64,000 nt of DNA from Bispira polyomma (Eukaryota): contig OZ287749.1 in NCBI GenBank assembly GCA_965649765.1, forward strand, positions 25,978,001 through 26,042,000, read 5' to 3'. The notes beneath the pieces were generated by a model. It had not been told where the DNA came from. It did no database searches and was given only the letters and a program-made list of their open reading frames with translations. The stretch's first letter is position 1, and every line of letters begins with the position of its first letter. The position numbers and the translations under genes were made by a program. Below, in pieces: positions 40,761 through 53,465 of this stretch.

Positions 40761-42039
40761 AGTAAAGGCTGTAGAGGAATTATCTAATAAATGACATCTC
40801 TTGTCTGGTTCCTGGGTTACCACTGGATCAATGGTATTAACTAATGAATACTCTCTCCACATAACACACAGAATCAGGATACCAGTGTAATGTAATCAAG
40901 GGGCCAGTTCAGAAAGTCGTTAATTGGGTGGTGAGTATGACTTGGAGTATCTACAGAGAACAAACCAATCATTTCCTCATTTGGGAAGTCCAATATGACT
41001 CTAGATGACTCCAGATAACCATTAGAGGAAATTGGCATGCAATCAAACTCACAAGAAAATGGTGTGTGCTTTTATTACTTGAGAGACTCACTATACAGTG
41101 TTTGAGTGACTGAATGTCTGTGTCTGTCTGAGTACATGGCTGTGTGTTTCAGACATTTTTTGTTTTTTTTTTTGTTTATTTCTAGTTTATATTAAGAGGA
41201 TTCTCAAACACCAAGTATAAATTTAGTACGGCAAACAAGGCTACATAACATTTATACACAATATATATATCTAAAAAAACAAACTATCAAGAACCAACTT
41301 TTGTCTTTTTTTCACTTCAGGGGTAAACCTAAGTGCTTTGGTATCACCTGACATATCATATACAGCCTTATATGGGCAATACTATTTCACTGATTACAAT
41401 ATAAGATTTAAATGTTCTTTCATTATTTAAAGATACTTAGCGAACACATGCATGAAACAACCTCCGATACTACAAAAGGCCTTTCCTGGCCACACTCTAC
41501 TGCACACTACTTTAGGAGCTTATAAATCATTATGTACGTTTGATATTTAGAACCAACACCACCACTCCAAGTCCATGTGTAAAGAATATGGGTGTTGTTT
41601 ATTATGTGACCTAATTTAAAAAATCCGTAGCAAACACGAAGTAGGTGGCATTGCTGAGTGTATGTGCGTTTTTAATCAATAATTTATTTTTTGTCCGGTA
41701 GTTAGGTGCTGACTAAAAGTCCATGCACTGTGTAAAAGTTCCATTACACAAACACCTCCTTTCTGTTTTATTGACCATATTAATTAAAAAAGAACCCTCT
41801 ATATCCGCTTAGAAACCCAGTATTTCCGTCCCTCACTGCTGCCCCTTTGCTCCCGCCAATATTTCCCCATGCAGACGAAACAAGTATCCTTATATTGTAT
41901 ATTTCAGTTAGTTTATGGTCATTGTGTTTTTCAGAAATTCCTTCTACAATAGAATTCAAACTGCACTATTTACGAGATGCCTTATTATTGTATACTTTGT
42001 TATTTAATTTTCGATTTGTATTTTATACTATGTTTACGT

Positions 42040-42262
42040 CTGTGACCCTTTATTAGTTGGTTGGTTTACCACCAGTGTTACAGAAAAACTGTTGAACTGA
42101 TTTACATGAAATTTGGTGGAGGGATGGACCATGGTCCAAGGAAACCTCATTATTAAATGTTGGAGCATATCTGTGTAGAATTGGGATCCTAAATTTGTTT
42201 AATCTTTTAACAAAGTCGCACCATGGCGGAGGTACACAGTCTACTGGCTGCCCTTCAAAGTT
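42040..42262 (+). mobile_element. Helentron/HINE (DINE-1-like) non-autonomous element
   Basis: GTTG/GTTT microsatellite, AAAAACT...GATTTACATGAAATTTGGTGG, and 3' end ATGGCGGAGGTACACAGTCTACTGGCTGCC followed by a T-run, resembling HINE subterminal repeat and stem-loop architecture. Confidence 0.65.
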
Positions 42263-43109
42263 TTTTTTATTGTATTAAGACGATTATGAGCTTAAACAGT
42301 CATTGTTTCTGGGAAAGCCAGCAAAAAACATGTCATTGAGTGTGGATAATGTACACCCATCTGTAAGCAAATAAAATTAATAATAAGTCCATTTGTAACA
42401 ACAACCTAGCAATTTGTTCACAAAGTAACCAGATCTAATGGACAGCATTAAAAAAAGAACTTATTCAGCACACACCTTCTACATTACAGACATCAATGAA
42501 TTTAGCATCATGTTTAGATCTTGAATATTGACGACTATCATTTATCTGTACAGACTTTACAGCTTGAAAGCTGCACATGACACAATAAGAGACGTGGGAA
42601 TAAAATGTACAATTTTGTCATTTATACTATATTTTTCTTCAATGTAAACAAACATTATGTGTGTGGGGTTTAAATTGATTTTTCTCAGAATTCTATTTGC
42701 TTTCCTTTAATACAAAAAAAATATGTCATTCATTAAATGTTCAGAAAAGACAAATATAAAAATGGATGCAAAAACAGCCTTGATGGTTCTAACTATTTTG
42801 AGATTTTCGGTAATACACAAGACCTTGGTTTGGCGAAGGAAGCCAGCCATTTTGTGTTGGCGCGCCTTGATGTTTAATGGACTGTGGAGTATGTTGACAT
42901 AATTTTTGCCAGACGAACTAAGCAGAAGAAACAGTTCGAGGTATAAGTAGGAACTAGGAAAACTGTCTTGGTACTTAAACTCACTAACAGATCACTTCAC
43001 TTATTCTCTATATTCAATTATGGTGGTTGAAAACTAATCACCCATTATGTCATTGATTGAAATTTCACCAATGCTTCAATTATTATTATGTTATTATGAT
43101 AGAAAGAAA

Positions 43110-43180
43110 GGTTTGTGATCACAAAGTCCAGTCATAACCAGCAGATGTATGTTAAGGAGGAAAAGGCAGTTGATACATAA
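43110..43180 (-). mobile_element. L2-type 3' terminal fragment adjacent to SINE copy 1
   Basis: AAAGTCCAGTCATAACCAGCAGATGTATGTTAAGGAGGAAAAGGCAGTTGATACA matches 60162-60220 and 40438-40494. Confidence 0.6.
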
Positions 43181-43192
43181 CTTTTTAGACTG

Positions 43193-43447
43193 GGGGCCGC
43201 TTTGGCCTAGTGGTTAGCAAGCATTGCGCTTCACAATCACTGGTCTCTCACCCCTGGGATCGGCTGGCATTGGTTCGACTCCCGTCGATGCCTATGTGGG
43301 AAAGGCGGTAGTTACTTACTGTGGGCCGCTGGTTTTAGTGCAGAACCTTTATCAACTATATGCAGTGTTTCCTCCAGCGTTTCCAACTACCCGTCCCAAT
43401 ATAACCTAAACAGGTACTAGAGTGGACGTTAAAAATCCCAATTCAAA
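43193..43447 (+). mobile_element. tRNA-derived SINE family A, near full-length copy 1
   Basis: A box TGGCCTAGTGG (43203-43213), B box GGTTCGACTCC (43272-43282), body with GTTTCCTCC motif and TTCAAA tail. Collinear with the copies at 49096 and 60516. Confidence 0.9.
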
Positions 43448-45068
43448 CTTATCGTGTCCACTATTTCTGGACATAACAATAGTTGTGTGTGTGGTGATGA
43501 TAGGATTGGCTTTACCCAGGGCCGAGACGTGGACTACCTTGACATAGATTACGCACATAGACTAAAATTACAACGTCACAATCAAACTTGTTTAAAAGTG
43601 CAATGCTAATCTTAATACTAATTGCAGCATTTTCAAAATGGGATATTATTTTCCCATATTAGACTTTTGCAATATGAAATATGACAAGCCCTAAATCTTT
43701 CCTAATTACTACGTCACCACTACTGCGAAACCGTTTTTAATAAAAGTACCTTTGAAATGGTGTTCAAACATCTTTGAATTATGTCATGGAATCTGCTTCA
43801 GTTCAAACACCCCTTGTAATTCCTTTAATCATTTTCAAATTTGACTGAAGCCCAAACACACACACACTCACACATTGCCCTACATGAGATTTGTGTTGTT
43901 TGTGTCCCAAAATTACAAGAATTTAAGATACATAATTTGGAGTAATTTCTAGAAGTACTTAAGTAGCTGACAATTACACACCACTGGATAGGGTCCCAAG
44001 TACACTTTGCTGCCATAGATATATGTAACATTATCCACACAGCTCTCTCTCCAAACAAATCTGCTTTTCCTCCTTGAGTAGGGTGAGTGGGGACTCAGGC
44101 TTTTGTAGAGCAGGCCAATTTAGGACGATTTTCTCAGCTGGGCTTTTGGGTCAGAGCTTTTTACTTATTTTTAAGGTGACGGGGGGGGGGGGGGGTAGTG
44201 TGTGACATATTGTCCAGGGTAATTAGGTGACAGTGTGCAGTAAGAAGTGCTTACCTGGATACTCAAGTGAGTACTTAGCACTTCTCATTAGTATGGAGAT
44301 TGGGGATGGGAGGAGGGGGGGGGGGTGGAGGCGGTTGTAAGGAGTTGTGCTGAATAGCTGAACATTTTAGCAAGAATAAAATTTTAATTAATTTAAAAAA
44401 AAATATTTAAAAAAAATTCAATTTGATTTTTAGGCTTCTTTTAGAGTTACAATATATCAATTAAAGTTTGAAATTTTCATTGGGACTCAATTTTCACTGT
44501 CCCAACTCATTAGTTGCAACAGCTAAAATTTTACTATTGCTAAATTTTCACTTGATTTTATTGTACAAATTTAAATTTTCAATGAGAATCAATTTCACCT
44601 ATCCCAACTCAGTGGCTAATATTAAAGTTCTTAGTGAACCTTTTTCAGTATTGAAGGAGGAGATATAAGGTATTACTATGAGAGTGTTCGAGTGATAGGG
44701 TTGTTGAGACTTGAGGAGGTGAGAGGTTTTTGGGGGTGTTGGAAGTTTTTGTGGGTTTGTGGGTATGGTGTTATAAATGGGTTATATGGTATGAGGTCAT
44801 TAGGTGTGAGAGAAAACCTGTGAAAAGTGTGTCTAAGGGTGGAGGTGCTAATATAAAATATCTGTGTATAAAAATATCTTTTTGAGTAGATTAATAAAAA
44901 ATGTCTAATCAACGTATGTCTAGTTTCTCATGTGTGACATATCTAATCTATTTTCAACACCCCTGTGTCTGGCTTTCTTTCACAAAAAAAGACATGTACA
45001 TAATCTACCCACAGCAGGCTATGTCTTACAAGTGTTAAACACAGTGATCTTAATAACAATGGGTCTAA

Positions 45069-45290
45069 GTGGTGTGTTGTGGTAACACACTTAAACCTCT
45101 CACCTCTGATATGTGGGTTTGAATCTAGACCCTTCGCGATGAATGTATGAGAGTTGGCAGTGGACTTGCTGAGGGCCGGTGGTTTACAGAGCCAAAAAAA
45201 ACAAAACATATTGAGCAACAACCCTGTTCTGATTTACCCCCTCAGTGAACTTGCCCGGTTTGATATGACACAATTTACTTTGGGTTTGAG
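45069..45290 (+). mobile_element. Degenerate family-A-related SINE
   Basis: GTGGTAACACAC...CCTCTCACC...GGGTTTGAATC...GGCCGGTGGTTTACAG...GATATGAC. Confidence 0.6.
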
Positions 45291-46071
45291 GCCTGACTTT
45301 TCCCCACACATCTCCTGTAGTTTTATGTTTTAACCCTTTAATTATGTCATGTAGTTGAGATATGGCCAAACTGTATGTAATAAAAGTTGAAAATAATTCA
45401 TGTATTTTTTTTAGTCATGTTGTCCATTCCTTCACCTAGGTGAAAATCCAGTGCACCTGCTGCTAGGTGGTACTACTCTACCATTTTCAGCAAGTGTATT
45501 TGCTGCTAGTTGCTCTTAGGTGAAAGGTCCATTCATTTGGTTATTCAGTCGGTCGGCTGATTTGAAAACCTGGCACATTCGGCTGCTGCTGCAGCTATAA
45601 AGACCCAACATATAGACGTATTTTGTATTTATTGTTGCCACTAAAATATTCCAAACAAATTCTAATTGGATAGATCTAAGATGAATAATGACCATGTAAC
45701 CGACTGATGTATTATTTGGTACTGTATTAACAAAAACTATAAAACAAAAAAAAAATAGCATTCTCTCAATCATTGCACACAAATAAGTTGATTAAGGCTT
45801 AACAAAGGATTGTAAAATGACAAGGCAATAAGGGTACTAGTTTTAATTACAAGTTTGAGGTCCTAAGAAGTTTGTGAGGACGTGTACAATTAAAGATGTA
45901 GGCCACGTGTACCACCAAACACCCCCCCCCCCCCCTCCCACTTATAAACAACAAACCCCCTACCTGTCACGTTGGACGTCATTAGTACGTCCTTAGTACA
46001 TGGTGTGTAACTGTGTGTGTGTGCATGTGTATTAATATCACGTCCTGGTCAGCAGTTAACAAGTCACCCCT

Positions 46072-46099
46072 ACACACACACACACACACACACACACAC
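46072..46099. repeat. (AC)n microsatellite
   Basis: About 14 AC units. Confidence 0.95.
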
Positions 46100-46399
46100 T
46101 CCTCATTACTTGGACACTCATTAATGAGGACCTAATGATCTCTTTAAGGGGGTAAAGTAGTGTCCTCCACTTGAGCTAGCCCTTAATGACTGAGTAAATT
46201 ATAACAGGTAACAGGTCAAAATTCATCAAAAGGTGACTGATATGCTGAAAATACATGGCACTTTTAATTTTGGAAGTTATACTGCCTTAAAAAATATTCA
46301 GTATGTTAATATATAAGAAGTTAAGCATTAGTATTCAGTGTGGAAGTCAGTATCTGGCCTATGTACAGACTTAAATGTGTATAATGTATTGTATTCTTT

Positions 46400-46520
46400 T
46401 TTAGCAGGCCCAGCCTGATGAAGAATGTTTCCCCCCATTAATCATGAAGGTGTTAACAGGAGTCAAACCCAGTACCTTCTGACCACCAGAACAACTCCCT
46501 AACCACTAGGCCGCTGGGGA
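46400..46520 (-). mobile_element. SINE family B head
   Basis: Minus strand reads CCCCAGCGGCCTAGTGGTTAGGGAGTTG...GAAGGTACTGGGTTTGACTCCTG. Confidence 0.7.
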
Positions 46521-49095
46521 CAAAATTTTAGTTTCAGAAACCAACATATCTATGAAGTTCAAGTAACATTTAGATGGATGCTAGGGGTGGATCTACTTAA
46601 AAGTTGTAACACAATAGTTTGACTTGGTTCTACATTTGGTTTAAAAGTCCCGCCCATAAATGATTGACATAAAACCTCCTAAAATTGTACTTTTTTTTGT
46701 TTCTAATTCTCTGTGAAATAATATTAATAACCCTATTTGTTATTATGCTTCATTAGTTTTATGTTCAAGCACAGGATAGTAGGGATTTTGTAGGTCTCTA
46801 AAACTGCCCATGGGCTGATACTGATTCATGTATTGGCCTGCTGAAAAAAAAACCCCACTAAAATACTACATGTGTTATCATCAGTCAATTTGGTCAGTTA
46901 TACTACAACCTAAATTAAAAACTACTGAAAAATATAAAAAATATTTTATTACATAGAATCTATCTTTTTAATTTTGTGGCAGTTTTTTCCCCCCCAATTT
47001 TTTCCTTTATTCTTATCTATAGTGGAAAAACGTTTGATATAATTAAAATAATTCACCATACATAAGTACACAAACACAAATACTGTATATACTGTGTATG
47101 TACTCTTTTTTTTTTTTTTTAGAAAATTTCCAGTTTCATCAGTAAAAAAAGTAAAGGAAAAGAATATAGCAAAACTGTGGGTCCAGTATTGGCATCATTA
47201 TAGAGTAAAGACACCATCCATGTTCACCATTCTTGGCAAATCTTTGCAAAGCAGACAAAGATTCAAAATGGTTTTAATTTTAAAATCCACTAGGCGATGT
47301 TTAAACATTTTGTAGATTCATATAATACAGACATTTTTTACAATTTGTATTTTTTAAAGACTCATTTTATTTCTATTTTACTTCAGATTCAGTTATATTA
47401 ACAATGAAGATGTTAGAACTGATAAACGCCTGTATATTGACACAAAAATACCGAAAAGTGGCTAAAAATATCGTGGTGAAAAAAATGGAACTTGATGACT
47501 TTCAAAAATAAGGTGTGGGTTTTGAAGAGGTTCAGGTATGTTGTGTGTACAAATATTTGTCTAAAATAGTTATGACTTGATGACAAACATTATGTTAACT
47601 TTTATTTGACTAGTAAATGCCTGGACTTGTTAGATTTGCGATTAAGAGTATATAGTGGCTATATCAACGTGAGTGTATTTTTTTAAAAAGACAACTCTTG
47701 TTTAAAGACTGTTATCGAGTTTTATCAAATATTGCACTGACACTATTTAATCACTAGTTTTAGTCAGTCGCAAGTTTATTTAGTCAGTTGCAAGCTGTAA
47801 ATCTCGAGGGATTCTCACTAAACCAGCTGTTACGTCTTTACAATCACTTGGCATACAAATCACCAGGGTAAAATTTTAATATACCCACACACAATCCTAG
47901 TTCTGCTGCTGAGAACACCCCTTTGATGACATTTAACTTCTGTACATTGCCCACACACAACAATCTCACCAAGGGAACTCCTTTACTAAATAAAACACAT
48001 TGTATTCAATTAAAAGTGGGAACATTGTCTTGCTGTGATAGAAATGTTTAATTTTTTATTTATTCAATTATTGAATCTTTACAAGAAGTGTTTTTGTATG
48101 TTGGGTATTAATGAAATGCCTGAAAGAGTGAAAGTGGGGGGGACCTATTTATAAACAAGAATTGTTTTAAAAAACACAGGAGCACAATGTGAAATACACT
48201 AACGTTGATATAGCTCAAATATTAATCTGGCGCCCCTCAGTTTGGACGGGTCAATTGCTTCCAACCAATCGAACCAATCCAAGGCCTTACATATTATTTC
48301 TTTTTTTTTCTTTTTTGATGTTAAAAACAACATCAGGTTGCGCCTGATAAAAAGATTTTTAAAATTTCACCTTTTGTATCAGAAAACTGCCACATACACA
48401 CACATTAAAACAAACCGACTGAAATATAGAACAGCAGGAAGTTGCCTCCTTTGTGAGGTCCATTTGAACCCCGTAGCTTGCTTCCTTTGTTTCCTTTTTC
48501 TCACTACAAACGTGTGATAATAATCTGTTCCATTTCACCAAGCTGTCAAGGGTATGTGGTCCTCCCCCTACCCCCTCACCCCCCTACTGTCACCCCCTAT
48601 TCTGCTCATGTCCTCTCAAGATACTTGAAATTTCAATATAGTTTTTGTGTATAATAACCTTAAGGCCTGTCTAATATGTGTTTGTATATTGAGGGGGGGG
48701 GGGGACAGATTTGTAAATGAAACATCTGGTGTGAATTAATATTTCTAACCCCATTATTCCACCTCTATTGAAAAAATGGTGCTGGGGTGACTAAATAGAT
48801 ATTTGTATGGATTTTTATAGCAATAGTAGAAAGTATTTAGTGGGACATTAAAACCCAAAAGAGAGAAACTAAATGGGTTTAATTGTTTCCTAATGATTGG
48901 TGATTATGAGGAATGTACAACTGGGTTGTTTCTTGGTAGGTTTGGTACAATTAACAAATAATCACTGTGGGGTAAGTATTTTAATTGTTTTAATAAATGT
49001 TTAATTGTTGGGTTGTTTAATTTTCCTCAAACAAGGTACATTGAAACCCACTCTCACTAAGGGAATTCATCTACTCAGTATTCCATAATGCTAGA

Positions 49096-49357
49096 GGGGC
49101 CGCGGTGGCCTAGTGGTAACCAAGCATTGAACTTCACAATCACTGGTCTCTCACCCCTGGGAGCGACTGGCGTGGGTTCGACTGCCGTCAATGCCTTTTT
49201 GGGTAAGGTGGTAGTTCCTTACTGTGGGCCGCTGGTTTTGGTGCAGAACCTTGATCAACTGTATGCAGTGTTTCCTCCAGTGTTTCCAACTACCCGTCCC
49301 AATATAACCTAAACAGGTACTAATGTGAACGTTAGATATCCCAATTCAAATTCAAAA
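49096..49357 (+). mobile_element. tRNA-derived SINE family A, copy 2 with target-site duplication
   Basis: Same head and body, (TTCAAA)2 tail. TSD TCCATAATG(C/T)TAG at 49082-49094 and 49358-49370 (12/13 identical). Confidence 0.92.
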
Positions 49358-50248
49358 TCCATAATGTTAGGGCATATTGATAACTAATTTCTGGGGTCAT
49401 AATCTGTCTATACAGTTTTAGACAATAAAATAAAAAGTGCTCACACATTTATGAAAATGTCAAACATCAGATGGTGAAAAACTGCTTCAACAAAGTTTGA
49501 CCACCTTTCACTTGAAATGAAGGCTATAAAATTGTGTGTAAAAATCTGTTTGTTACAGACATACCATATTACATAGTTCATATAAGATTCCTTCACACAA
49601 TATGGCCCATAATATGATATTATAGAAAACAATAATTGAAGCCAATGTACAATATTTAGAAACTTGCAGCCCTTCCAAACAGTGATATTAAACGAGAGCT
49701 TTCAAATGTGCCCTTCTGTACATTTGATTCTGCTTGAAAATAAGTATGAGTAGTAGTCTGTCATATAATTAAGAAAGTGTGATGCAACAAGTCTAAGAGT
49801 GACTTATGCCATGCTAACCATATTTGTTACAAGATTTGGCTTAGTAACTGGCTTATATTTATATTTGTGGTTTTCCCCCTTTATTCCATTCCTTGTGTTC
49901 TGTTATTATTGTACTTGGTGATTTTTACAATACTAATTGTAACTAAAAATATTGTTAGTTGATGAGATTAAATTAGTGAAAATAAATTGTCAACTATTAT
50001 TATTATTCTCATGTTGTCCCCCGCATTTCATCACTGGTTGCTATTTCTTTATATATCTGAACATTTGACCTCTGGGTCACAAATTAGTTCGATTAGCTTC
50101 GTGAAATCAAATCCAACTACAATTTAGCTTTATTGAAGACATGTTGCTAGTATTGCATGACTGACGTTCTTTGTGCCATAGCAAGTCCAAGGATTTCTAA
50201 GGGAGTTACTGATACCAGTTCACATATTCATGGTATGGCAAGTGGTAA

Positions 50249-50470
50249 GGTCCCCGTGGCCTAGTGGTTAGGGAGTCGGTTAGGTAATCTAAACATCCTC
50301 AGTTCAATTCTGTTACCGGCCACTAGTTTTATTGGTGGGATAACATCCTTGGCCAAGATGTAAACACACATTTGTCTAGTGGCTCGGATGACCGCTTAAA
50401 AAGGTGGCTCTCTGTCACTGGGTCCTATCCCCAGTGACAGGCTAAAGATCCTTATTTATGTTGATAAATG
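50249..50470 (+). mobile_element. tRNA-derived SINE family B (head + CORE-like box + Nin/Deu-like block)
   Basis: A box TGGCCTAGTGG (50257-50267), degenerate B box at about 50301, TCCTTGGCCAAG (50346-50357), CTCGGATGACCGCTTAAA...GCTAAAGATCC, and a perfect 11-bp hairpin at 50412-50440. Domain names are from recalled consensus similarity only. Confidence 0.7.
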
Positions 50471-52947
50471 GTCATCTTCTGAAGCCCCTCTCTTCTGTCA
50501 GGGGAATGGCAGTGACTGAGACAGTTGACTGTTACAGTCAGGAAAGGGTTAATTATGGCTTTCAATACCAGATAAAGGTAATGCGCTGAGTATAAATACC
50601 CATGGCAAAACGAGAAGGTAGAAGAAGGGTTGTACTATAACACCTGGAAACTGGTTCAAGTCTGCGAAGCCTATGGTAAGAGACCTCCTTGCCTTGGCAG
50701 CTTTGCAGTGTTAGAATGTGTATGCATGCTTTCATATAATGGTAACGTAACAGTTATAGAACAGAACCACAGAGGAATTGGCTTTTCAAAAAGTTACTGA
50801 AATAACTGCACAGTTCTTGTATGTCTACACACAGAAGTAGGAGTTATGAGAAGGTGCTATGAGGTAGTCTGGAGAGAATAGGCAGATGTGAACTATGTGT
50901 TAAGAGCCTTGCTAACCAGTTCTGGCGAAATGCGATTTGAATAAATACGTACGATATGGTCAGACTATCTCAGATGGAGCTTTTACACCTGTATCAGATA
51001 CTGGCTCTGATGATGTAGTGGATTTCAATTCGGTAGATGCCTATGACAAAATTAAAAAGCAACTTCTATCCCCCCCCCTCCCCCCTATTTTTGTTTTCTG
51101 TGCACACATTATTTAAGACGCTTAATGCAGTCCAGGTGGTATATGCATTTTAATATCAAAATAAATTGTGCAGTCATGTTAGAATTGAGATAAGCTACTT
51201 AATCCTTAAGGTGCAATGTTATAAAAAAATTATGCTTTGTACTTCCGGTAATAGAAGTACACTCTCTTGGTCTATGTGCACTTATAACCAGAAGTGTAAT
51301 GCATTCTTTGATAACATTTACACTTCTACACCATAGCTGGTTACTATAATAGTAAGTTGTGCAGTAAGTACAGTATAAGTTCAGTGTAACTAGGTCAGCT
51401 GACCCCAGAGACTACTCCCCAGATTATACACCTGGTACCGGGTTCTCCCAGTGTATTCTGGGTAATAATATAAGCACACACAAACACACACACTTATCTC
51501 TGACACATTTAGGGTTTTAATGACTTAGCTAAATATTGTGAATGCATACAGGAGCTGTATGGAAAAAGGGTTAGTGATGAGCATCAATATTTATACAAGA
51601 AGGGCTATTGGTCACAAACACGCACGCCATTTCTTTTTTCCCTATTGTCATCCTGGTAAACAATGTCTATATAGTTATTTCTTCGTTCTTCTTTCTGGCA
51701 GGAATTTTCTGGAGACTTACTAGAACATATACAACAACTGTTTTGAAGTATGTTTTGAGTGTAGATAAGTTGACCCCTTGTCAGTACATAGGGGTGTGGC
51801 AAATCATTAACAAATATATTTGTATCTAGGGGTCCTCCTTTTTTACTATTAACTGAAGACATTTAAGATAAGGGGTTTGTGTTTGTGTGTGTGCAGTAAG
51901 TGGTTGGAACAATAGATAGGTTTGTGCTGCTATACCTCTTGGGTTTAAAACCCACACATTGTTGGTTTTTTTGTTGTATTATGTCAATAGACTTAAAACA
52001 ATGTTATACCATCTCATTGTGTGTTAATAATGTCATTCATATAAACTCTCAAGTTATATATGTTGATTTTAATTTTTTGGAAATTTGCAGTTCAAGGTAC
52101 AGCTATTATAAAGGTAGAACACACTTCTGCCTATATATTGCCATGACGTATTTATTTATTTGTTTATTTATTCAGTCATACACAAAACTATACAACAGAT
52201 ATAAAAGTATATACAGTAAATGTTCAAAGAGAAATAAGAAAAACTCTGATTTAAAAAATTAAGCAGGAATACAGTCAATCAAAACATAATATGAAACTTT
52301 AAGAAAGAGAACAAATATGATGTCAATTTGTGTTTGACAATTATAAATTTACACGATAGAATACAATATTGATATTACACATAAACATATGTATTTAATG
52401 AGTCCGGTAAAATATCTCATAACTTTCCTATTCATAAGTTTTTCAAAAGTTTTGGCTTGATTTAACTGTTAATACAAAAGTAGCTCTCAAGTACACATCC
52501 AGTCTGTATTATTCCATTAATCTAATATGAGTATATGTTTAAGAATCCTTCATCAAAACCACAAATGAGAATTAGATCCTGGACACTACAGGAGAATCTC
52601 ACGAGATACTGTAACTACGGATAACTCTGCCATTTTACAGACTTGGCAACAAGAGGGTAATCAGTTTTATTTGACTATTCTTCACAATATTATAGAATAG
52701 AATACATATATATCTTTTATTTATGTGTCACATGTTTAAAATACAATTTTAGTACAATGGTATTTTACCATATAAATATAAACACAGGTAAACAAAAATA
52801 TTTTAAAAATTACACTTTTGAATTGAGAGCAATTCAGTGATACATGTTGTGTATTCCCTACTTTTAAGAACCAAGATGATGTAATTATTGTGGAGAGGTC
52901 AAACAAAACCAGAGACAAGGATTTAAGTGGTCAAGACATTTTTTTGG

Positions 52948-53130
52948 TCTGGCATTGTGGTTAGGGTGTTGGTCTGGTGAAGGTCCCTGGTTCGACTCCT
53001 GGTAACACAATAATGGTCATTGGCTGATAACATCCTTGGGCAAGATCTGAACACTTCATTGCTTACTGAAGACCATTTGAATACACATTTATTTCATGAT
53101 TAATGATCCATTAAGTGATTCATCGATTCT
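52948..53130 (+). mobile_element. SINE family B copy
   Basis: GTGGTTAGGG...GAAGGTCCCTGGTTCGACTCCTGG (B box)...GATAACATCCTTGGGCAAGATCTGAACAC, shared with the 50249 copy. Confidence 0.7.
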
Positions 53131-53164
53131 CAAACGAAACCAACGACAATGTTATAAGTATCTG

Positions 53165-53242
53165 TACACATCTGACCTTATCAACTAATTTTTCCACCTT
53201 AACATTCGTTTAATGGTTGTGACTGAATTCTGATTATGAACC
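53165..53242 (+). mobile_element. L2-type 3' terminal fragment
   Basis: TATCAACTAATTTTTCCACCTTAACATTCG...GGTTGTGACTGAATTCTGATTATG is the forward-strand version of the same L2 end. Confidence 0.5.
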
Positions 53243-53274
53243 ATTCCTCCTACCAGGCTACCGGTGTTCAAATG

Positions 53275-53465
53275 TATTAGGGAGTCGGTCTTGTGATAAG
53301 AAGGTCCCCAGTTCTACACCTAGCTGGGGTGTTGGTGTGGTGTTTTGAAGGTCCCTGGTTTGACTCCTGGTATAACACCATAACGGTCAGTAATTGCTAT
53401 TGATGACAACCAAAGAACTACATCAGATGTATTACGATCATGATTAATGGTTAATCAATTCTAAT
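53275..53465 (+). mobile_element. SINE family B copy (degenerate, partly duplicated head)
   Basis: TTAGGGAGTCGGT...GAAGGTCCC occurs twice, followed by GGTTTGACTCCTGG. Its 3' part matches 55510-55600 on the minus strand. Confidence 0.55.

Noticed and set aside
43193-43290. tRNA gene
   Set aside because: A and B boxes are present, but there is no convincing cloverleaf, the spacer is too long, and it continues into a SINE body with a tail.
43224-43409. 61-aa ORF recurring three times (also 49088-49312 and 60568-60753) as a small gene family
   Set aside because: It is the SINE A body. Starts are TTG or supplied by the flank, and stop-free survival is unsurprising in young indel-free copies.
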